Source: Thermodesulfobacteriota bacterium (lineage in GTDB: Bacteria > Desulfobacterota > Desulfobacteria > Desulfobacterales > C00003060). Taken from it: a DNA stretch of 64,000 nucleotides. Shown here piece after piece: positions 58,558 through 64,000 of the stretch; position 1 is the first letter of the stretch; every line of letters begins with the position of its first letter. The notes under the pieces were generated by a model. That model was not told the DNA's origin. It saw only the letters and a list, made by a program, of their open reading frames with translations, and made no database searches. Location of the stretch: the NCBI GenBank assembly GCA_034189385.1, contig JAXHVD010000007.1:64001-128000 (forward strand). The letters run 5' to 3'. Made by a program: the position numbers and the translations under genes.

Positions 58558-59979
58558 ATGACTGTAAAAAAAGGGCAGATCCTGGAGCTAAAAATTGAGA
58601 AACTGATTTTCGGAGGGCGCGGTCTGGCCCGGGTGGATGGCTTTGCGCTTTTTGTGGAGAACGTGGTTCCTGGCGATGAGGTGCGGGCAAGGGTCTTTCG
58701 AAAGAAAAAGCATCATGCTGAGGCGCGTGTTCTGGAGTTGATTCACCCCTCGCCCTTTAGGGTGGCACCCCCGTGCCGTTATAGCGGGTTTTGCGGTGGC
58801 TGTCCTTGGCAGTTCCTTGATTATGGAAAGCAGCTTGCCTTCAAGAGAGAACAGGTCGTTGAATCGTTGGAACACATCGGCCAACTGAGGGACATTTTGG
58901 TTCATCCAGCCATTCCGTCTGAAAGGGAATTTGGATATCGCAACAAGATGGAGTTCTCCTTTTCGGACAGGAGATGGCTCTTTCCTGAAGAACTCTCCCA
59001 ACCGGGCGTTTCAAAAGACTTTGCCCTTGGGCTTCATGTGTCTGGGTGTTTTCATAAGGTCCTTGATATTGACACTTGCTTAATTCAACCCCCCTTGGGA
59101 AACAATATCCTAGGTGAGGTGCGCCGTTACACAAGGCAAAGCGGCATCCCCCCCTATGGGTTAAGGTCTCACAAGGGATTCTGGCGTTTTTTGATGCTCC
59201 GGTATTCTCCAAGTTATGACACCTGGATGGTCAATATCGTTACGTCAGAAGAACAGACCCCGTGGGTGCAGCCTCTATCCCGCTTGCTTTGTGACAAGTA
59301 TGAAAACATCACTTCTGTTGTCAACAACGTGAATACGAGACGAGCCTCCATCGCCGTTGGCGAGAGGGAGCGGGTTCTGGCGGGCGAAGCAGTGGTCAGA
59401 GACAGGATTGGGGGTTTTGAGTTTGAGATTTCAGCCAATTCCTTCTTTCAGACCAACACGGCTGGTGCCGAGTGTCTGTATAATGTAGTAAAGGCTTATG
59501 CCGGGCTCACGGGCAAGGAGAGCGTGCTGGACCTCTACAGTGGGACAGGTACCATTCCCATATTTCTTGCCCATGGGGCGCGCGACATTGTGGGCATTGA
59601 GATTTCAGAGACTGCCGTAGAAGATGCAAAAAAGAACTGCGAGAAGAACCAAGTCGACAATTGTCAATTCATGTGCATGGACATGCGAAAAGGGCTCCAA
59701 CTTATTCGGCAGAGGCCCGATGTAGTGATCATAGATCCCCCGAGGGCCGGCATGCACCCTGATGTGGTACAAGCCGTTTGCACAGAAAGGCCGACCAGGA
59801 TCGTCTACATTTCTTGCAATCCGGCGACCCTTGCCAGAGACCTTGCTGTGCTAAAAGAATACTACGATGTGGCAGAGGTGCAGCCGGTGGACATGTTCCC
59901 CCACACGCATCACATAGAATGTGTGGCGAGGCTTGAGTCCAAGCTACGGCTAGCCTGCGTGACGAGCCTTCCCCTTTAG
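58558..59979 (+). CDS. rlmD: 23S rRNA (uracil-5)-methyltransferase RlmD/RumA
   Basis: TRAM domain, CGGCPWQ, SFFQTN, DLYSGTG, DPPRAG, YISCNP, DMFPHT. Confidence 0.93.
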   Translation: MTVKKGQILELKIEKLIFGGRGLARVDGFALFVENVVPGDEVRARVFRKKKHHAEARVLELIHPSPFRVAPPCRYSGFCGGCPWQFLDYGKQLAFKREQVVESLEHIGQLRDILVHPAIPSEREFGYRNKMEFSFSDRRWLFPEELSQPGVSKDFALGLHVSGCFHKVLDIDTCLIQPPLGNNILGEVRRYTRQSGIPPYGLRSHKGFWRFLMLRYSPSYDTWMVNIVTSEEQTPWVQPLSRLLCDKYENITSVVNNVNTRRASIAVGERERVLAGEAVVRDRIGGFEFEISANSFFQTNTAGAECLYNVVKAYAGLTGKESVLDLYSGTGTIPIFLAHGARDIVGIEISETAVEDAKKNCEKNQVDNCQFMCMDMRKGLQLIRQRPDVVIIDPPRAGMHPDVVQAVCTERPTRIVYISCNPATLARDLAVLKEYYDVAEVQPVDMFPHTHHIECVARLESKLRLACVTSLPL

Positions 59980-60414
59980 CTTCGCATCAATAAGCTCTTT
60001 GTGGGTCAAACGGAGCAGTTTGGCGAGTTTATGCATGAGATAGTCCTCGTGTTTGTCCAGTTTCTCATCGGCAAACACTAGCTGCCAGACCATCTCAATG
60101 ATCTGGATCTTCTCTTGTCTGGAGTAGTTTTGGTTGATAAGATTTGTAAACTGCCATAGGTCAATACTTTCCGCCAGTTGGCACTTGGAGGCTTCCACCA
60201 GCTCAGTGACATGGAGATCAGACAAGTGATAATGCCTTTTGAGAAGCCCTATCATCTCTTCTAGCTCTGAGTCACTGAACTCACCGTCTATGTGGGCCAT
60301 CTCTAGGAAAAGGGCACAGATGGCCACATGGATGTCGCGGGTTTGTGTCCGATTTCTATCTTTGGGCCTCATGGTCCTGTCCTTGGCAAAGAGTCTTTTT
60401 ACCCGATCAATCAT
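59950..60414 (-). CDS. TerB-family protein
   Basis: EMAHIDGEFSDSE, DLWQFT, VFADEKLDKHED. Confidence 0.85.
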   Translation of the reverse strand: MIDRVKRLFAKDRTMRPKDRNRTQTRDIHVAICALFLEMAHIDGEFSDSELEEMIGLLKRHYHLSDLHVTELVEASKCQLAESIDLWQFTNLINQNYSRQEKIQIIEMVWQLVFADEKLDKHEDYLMHKLAKLLRLTHKELIDAKLKGKARHAG

Positions 60415-60616
60415 GGCAGGCTCCTTTTGCATCCACGATACCAGCACCGTTCTTCACCGGTGAAGGTTTTGAAAGCACAACCAAATCAAAGAGTTGTATA
60501 ACACATAGCAACTTCTAAAGGCAAGGCAAAACAAGACTGTTCCTTGTCCTTGACACGGAGCGGATGATTGCGTAAAAGTCTTTGATCTTTCTTTTCCCAG
60601 GGGCTTCTGAGGGGTC

Positions 60617-61186
60617 ATGATGAGAGGACGCTACAGCGTGATAGGTGGGCTGGTGGTGTGCATAGCCACGGCAGTTCTGCTCGCCTATGGGTACAGGCAT
60701 TGGCGGTCTCCAGACGGAGAGAAGGGGTCGGAAGCACTGTCCCATCGATTCTTGCCGAGACTGGTCAAGGCCAGGGCGCACCTTTATTTCTCCGATGTTG
60801 ACCACAGCTTCCTCACCGCCGAGGTCCGCTCCCTTGCTCTGTCAGATGGGGTGGTTCAACGTGTTAGGCAGATCGTTGAAGCCCTTGCCGAGGGGCCCGA
60901 AGGTCCCTTGACACCGACTATTCCTGGGGGAACAAGGCTTTTAGGGGCCTACTTGGCAGAAGATGGGACTGTCTACGTTGACTTTAACAGGGCCATCATG
61001 GAGAACCATCCTGGAGGGACGTTGTCGGAGCTCCTGACCGTTTTTTCCTTGGTAAACACCTTGGCCCTCAATATCTCTGAGATCAAAGCTGTAAAGCTGC
61101 TTATCGAAGGACGTGAGGCTGAAACGCTGGCAGGCCATGTAGATATTCGGTTTCCTTTCCGACCCAATCTGCTGATGATCAAATAG
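60617..61186 (+). CDS. GerMN-domain protein
   Basis: N-terminal TM; LYFSD, GP...IPGGTRLL, YVDF, SLVNTL, LAGHVD. Confidence 0.85.
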   Translation: MMRGRYSVIGGLVVCIATAVLLAYGYRHWRSPDGEKGSEALSHRFLPRLVKARAHLYFSDVDHSFLTAEVRSLALSDGVVQRVRQIVEALAEGPEGPLTPTIPGGTRLLGAYLAEDGTVYVDFNRAIMENHPGGTLSELLTVFSLVNTLALNISEIKAVKLLIEGREAETLAGHVDIRFPFRPNLLMIK

Positions 61187-61428
61187 CCGGTACCGTAAGG
61201 GGATGGTCTCTTCGGGCTCAAGCATTTGGAATGGACGCCCTTCCGCTTCGCCAAGATTTGTGACCAACAAACGTTTCAATGAATCGCTCAAAGGAATCTC
61301 GATTTGGGCAACAGTTGTCTTGAGAAAACCCATATGTTGCTGACGCCTGTACACCATGTCCTTTGCAGGACAGGGGTTTTTTAGGTAGTAGGGCGGCAGT
61401 CAAGTCATGACCAGGTGAGTACTGATTG

Positions 61429-63474
61429 ATGCAAGAACCGTTTCCCACGAATAGGATGCGTAATATAGGCATCATTGCCCACATTGATGCAGGCAAGACG
61501 ACGATTACAGAGAGGATCCTCTACTACACAGGTCGCTCATACAAGATGGGTGAGGTCCATAATGGTGAAGCTGTCATGGACTGGATGCCTGACGAGCAAG
61601 AAAGGGGGATCACCATCACCTCGGCGGTGACCACCTGCCACTGGAGGGACAGCGAAATCCACATCATTGACACGCCGGGGCATGTAGACTTTACCATCGA
61701 GGTGGAGCGCTCTCTTAGGGTGCTGGACGGGGCCATCGGGGTGTTCTGCGCCGTAGGCGGCGTACAGCCGCAATCAGAGACGGTCTGGCACCAGGCGGAC
61801 AAATATCGGGTGCCGAAGATTGCCTTTGTGAACAAACTTGATCGCCCTGGGGCGGATTTTCCCGGAACAGTGCAGATGATGCGAGACCGTTTGGGGGCCC
61901 ATCCGATTATCATGCAGTTGCCAGTGGGAACCGAAGAATCCTTCCGCGGGGTCATCGATCTGGTCAAGATGAAACAGCTTATCTGGGTAGATGAAACCTT
62001 GGGTGCCACCTTCGAAGTGACGGACATACCCGATGACCTGATGGAAATAGCACAGGACCATCGTAACCGGCTGGTGGAGACGGCGGCGGAGTTTGACGAT
62101 GAGATTATGGAGGCATATCTTGGCGAAGAGTCTGTGACACCTGAGATGCTCATCCCCAGTATCAGAAAAGCTACCATTGCCCTACAACTGGTTCCTGTCT
62201 TTGGTGGAGCTGCCCTTAGAAACAAGGGCGTCCAGCCTCTTTTGGAAGGTATTGTGGACTTTTTGCCCAGTCCGTTGGATGTCCCTCCAGTTACAGGGGC
62301 GGATCCGAAAACAGGGGAGGCGAAAAAGTCTCCCTGTTCTGATCGCACTCCACTGGTTGCCTTGGTCTTTAAAGTGATGATGGACCAGGGACGGAAACTA
62401 AGTTATGTGCGGATCTATTCAGGTCGCCTAAAGACGGGCGGAGAAGTTCTCAGTCCTGCAAAGAAGACCAAGGAAAAGGTGGCCCGAATTCTTGAGATGC
62501 ATGCCAACAAGCGACAGCGCATTAATGAGGCACGGGCAGGCAATATCGTAGGGCTTGTAGGACTAAAGGCCTCTGGCACTGGAGACACTCTTTGCGATCC
62601 CTCCAATCCCATTGTGCTTGAACCGATTGAGACTTATGAGCCAGTGATTTCTGTGGCTGTCGAACCCAAGACTCACACGGATCAGGAAAAACTCGGACAA
62701 GCCCTTACCAAGCTGGAAGCTGAAGACCCCACCTTTCATGTCAAGTATGATGACGACACTGGCCAGACCGTCATCTCTGGTATGGGCGAGCTCCATCTTG
62801 AGATCCTGGTAAGCCGCTTGAAGAGGGAGTTTGGAACGCAGGTCAATGTGGGAAGGCCCCAGGTGGTCCACAAGGAGACCATTGAGCAGACTGCCGAGGG
62901 CCAGGCCACCTTCGACAGGGACGTGGGAGGGGTCCGGCATTTTGGCCATGTTCTGCTAGAGCTTTCTCCCAGGGGGCGTGGCACGGGTAATCGTTTTGCT
63001 AGCACCTTGCCTGAGGAACAGCTGCCGGCAGAGTTTGTCTCAGCCACAGAAGAGGGTGTAATGGAGTCGCTGGAAAGTGGCGTTGTCCTTGGGTACCCTG
63101 TTGTTGATGTTGCCGTTTCCCTTGTAGATGCCACTTACAGGGAGTCTGAGGCAAGCCGTCTGGCATTCAAGGTGGCCGCATCCATGGCCTGCAAGGAGGG
63201 CCTTCAGAAAGGAAGCCCCCAGCTACTGGAGCCAATAGTGGCCATGGAAATCCTGGTGCCTGAGGCGTTCATGGGCGATATCATTGGAGATGTCAATGCC
63301 CGAGGTGGAAAAATCGAAGACATGAAACCCAAGGGGGGAATCCAGACCATAGCGGCTGTGATGCCATTGTCCAGGACTTTTGGCTATTCAACTGGCTTGC
63401 GGTCTGCCTCTCAAGGACGAGGCACCTTTACCATGCGCTTTTCCCATTATGACAAGGCCCTCGTTTCACCCTAG
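61429..63474 (+). CDS. fusA: Elongation factor G (stand-alone copy)
   Basis: [44 protein letters not shown]. Confidence 0.93.
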   Translation: MQEPFPTNRMRNIGIIAHIDAGKTTITERILYYTGRSYKMGEVHNGEAVMDWMPDEQERGITITSAVTTCHWRDSEIHIIDTPGHVDFTIEVERSLRVLDGAIGVFCAVGGVQPQSETVWHQADKYRVPKIAFVNKLDRPGADFPGTVQMMRDRLGAHPIIMQLPVGTEESFRGVIDLVKMKQLIWVDETLGATFEVTDIPDDLMEIAQDHRNRLVETAAEFDDEIMEAYLGEESVTPEMLIPSIRKATIALQLVPVFGGAALRNKGVQPLLEGIVDFLPSPLDVPPVTGADPKTGEAKKSPCSDRTPLVALVFKVMMDQGRKLSYVRIYSGRLKTGGEVLSPAKKTKEKVARILEMHANKRQRINEARAGNIVGLVGLKASGTGDTLCDPSNPIVLEPIETYEPVISVAVEPKTHTDQEKLGQALTKLEAEDPTFHVKYDDDTGQTVISGMGELHLEILVSRLKREFGTQVNVGRPQVVHKETIEQTAEGQATFDRDVGGVRHFGHVLLELSPRGRGTGNRFASTLPEEQLPAEFVSATEEGVMESLESGVVLGYPVVDVAVSLVDATYRESEASRLAFKVAASMACKEGLQKGSPQLLEPIVAMEILVPEAFMGDIIGDVNARGGKIEDMKPKGGIQTIAAVMPLSRTFGYSTGLRSASQGRGTFTMRFSHYDKALVSP

Positions 63475-63523
63475 GAAAAAAGGGGCGCAGGGCTTGTTTC
63501 CCATTTGGAGATACGGACGGAGG

Positions 63524-64000
63524 CTAGTCACTCTGTCGTTGAACGGATAGCTCCCGCAACCCCTTGAGTGCCTCTTTGATCACCTTTTGTCTCGCTGGGT
63601 CTTTGGCAGACAAGGTCAAAGCGCGCCTGAGATGAAATACGGCGTTTTTGAAGTCTTCCTTTTTCTTATAATGCAGTCCAAGGCGGAAGTGGGCCTCTGC
63701 CTCGTTGCCCATTTTTCCATAAGTCTCTCCCAGATAGTAGTCCACAGGGAAGTCGTCCGCGTTGTTGCCCGCCATGTCTTTGAAGGTTTCCAGGGCCCTG
63801 TCCAGGTCTCCAGTTTCTATCTGTGATCGGCCCAGGAAAAAGCGTGCTTCCCGGTCACTGGCATTGGAGGCCAGGACCCCCAACAGGGCCTTTACGGCAT
63901 TGTCATAATCACCCATTTGGAAATAGATCTTGCCCAGGTCCCTAAGGATGTCTCCATCAAGAGGCCGCACCTGAAGGGCCTGCTTTAGGTTTTCTGCGGC
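63524..64000 (-). CDS. TPR protein C-terminus (5'-truncated), possibly a BepA/M48 metalloprotease tail
   Basis: Consecutive TPR motifs; frame continues toward the window end. Confidence 0.65.
   Translation of the reverse strand, partial: AAENLKQALQVRPLDGDILRDLGKIYFQMGDYDNAVKALLGVLASNASDREARFFLGRSQIETGDLDRALETFKDMAGNNADDFPVDYYLGETYGKMGNEAEAHFRLGLHYKKKEDFKNAVFHLRRALTLSAKDPARQKVIKEALKGLRELSVQRQSD

Noticed and set aside
59950..59979. 30-bp convergent overlap of rlmD and the TerB gene
   Set aside because: Short 3' overlaps are common and imply no special function
60563..60580. Possible second copy (inverted) of the GACTTTTTACGAATCCATC motif at 26986-27004
   Set aside because: Match is short and imperfect; cannot be distinguished from chance without a genome-wide search

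Overview
Bacterial genomic DNA from a strict anaerobe. Gene content (Hdr/Mvh, sigma54 two-component systems, LptD, a selenoprotein) suggests Desulfobacterota/deltaproteobacteria; this is an inference. Layout: (1) 1-14.3 kb is accessory: a TPR protein end, FadL, an MBL hydrolase, then an island of secreted multidomain proteins (gingipain/C25 peptidase, a thrombospondin-like protein with a 561-bp internal duplication, a pseudogene). (2) 14.6-21.6 kb holds a MoxR AAA+ ATPase and partner, MFS, DUF2062, an Hps-RraA fusion and Phi. (3) thrS (archaeal-type)-infC-rpmI-rplT-pheS, with no pheT, is followed by small Cys/His-rich ORFs and an ATP-grasp gene. (4) A 24-kb redox locus reads hdrC-hdrB-hdrA'(N-fragment)-nuoE-nuoF/gltD-[9.5-kb sigma54 signalling island]-nuoG/hdrA''-mvhD(Sec)-metV-metF-hdrA-like-hdrA/mvhD, with a convergent hdrC-like gene. 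(5) The end carries rpsU, lptD, a UpxY-like NusG paralog, an isochorismatase, rlmD, TerB, GerMN, fusA and a TPR protein. Best candidates for an undescribed system: a split-HdrA, NAD(P)H-fed flavin-based electron-bifurcating methylene-THF reductase complex, and the embedded circuit of Rossmann-PAS kinases, a non-lipoylated GcvH-like protein and archaemetzincin. A four-copy modular palindromic repeat family is also present. All calls come from motif recognition by eye; no database searches were run.
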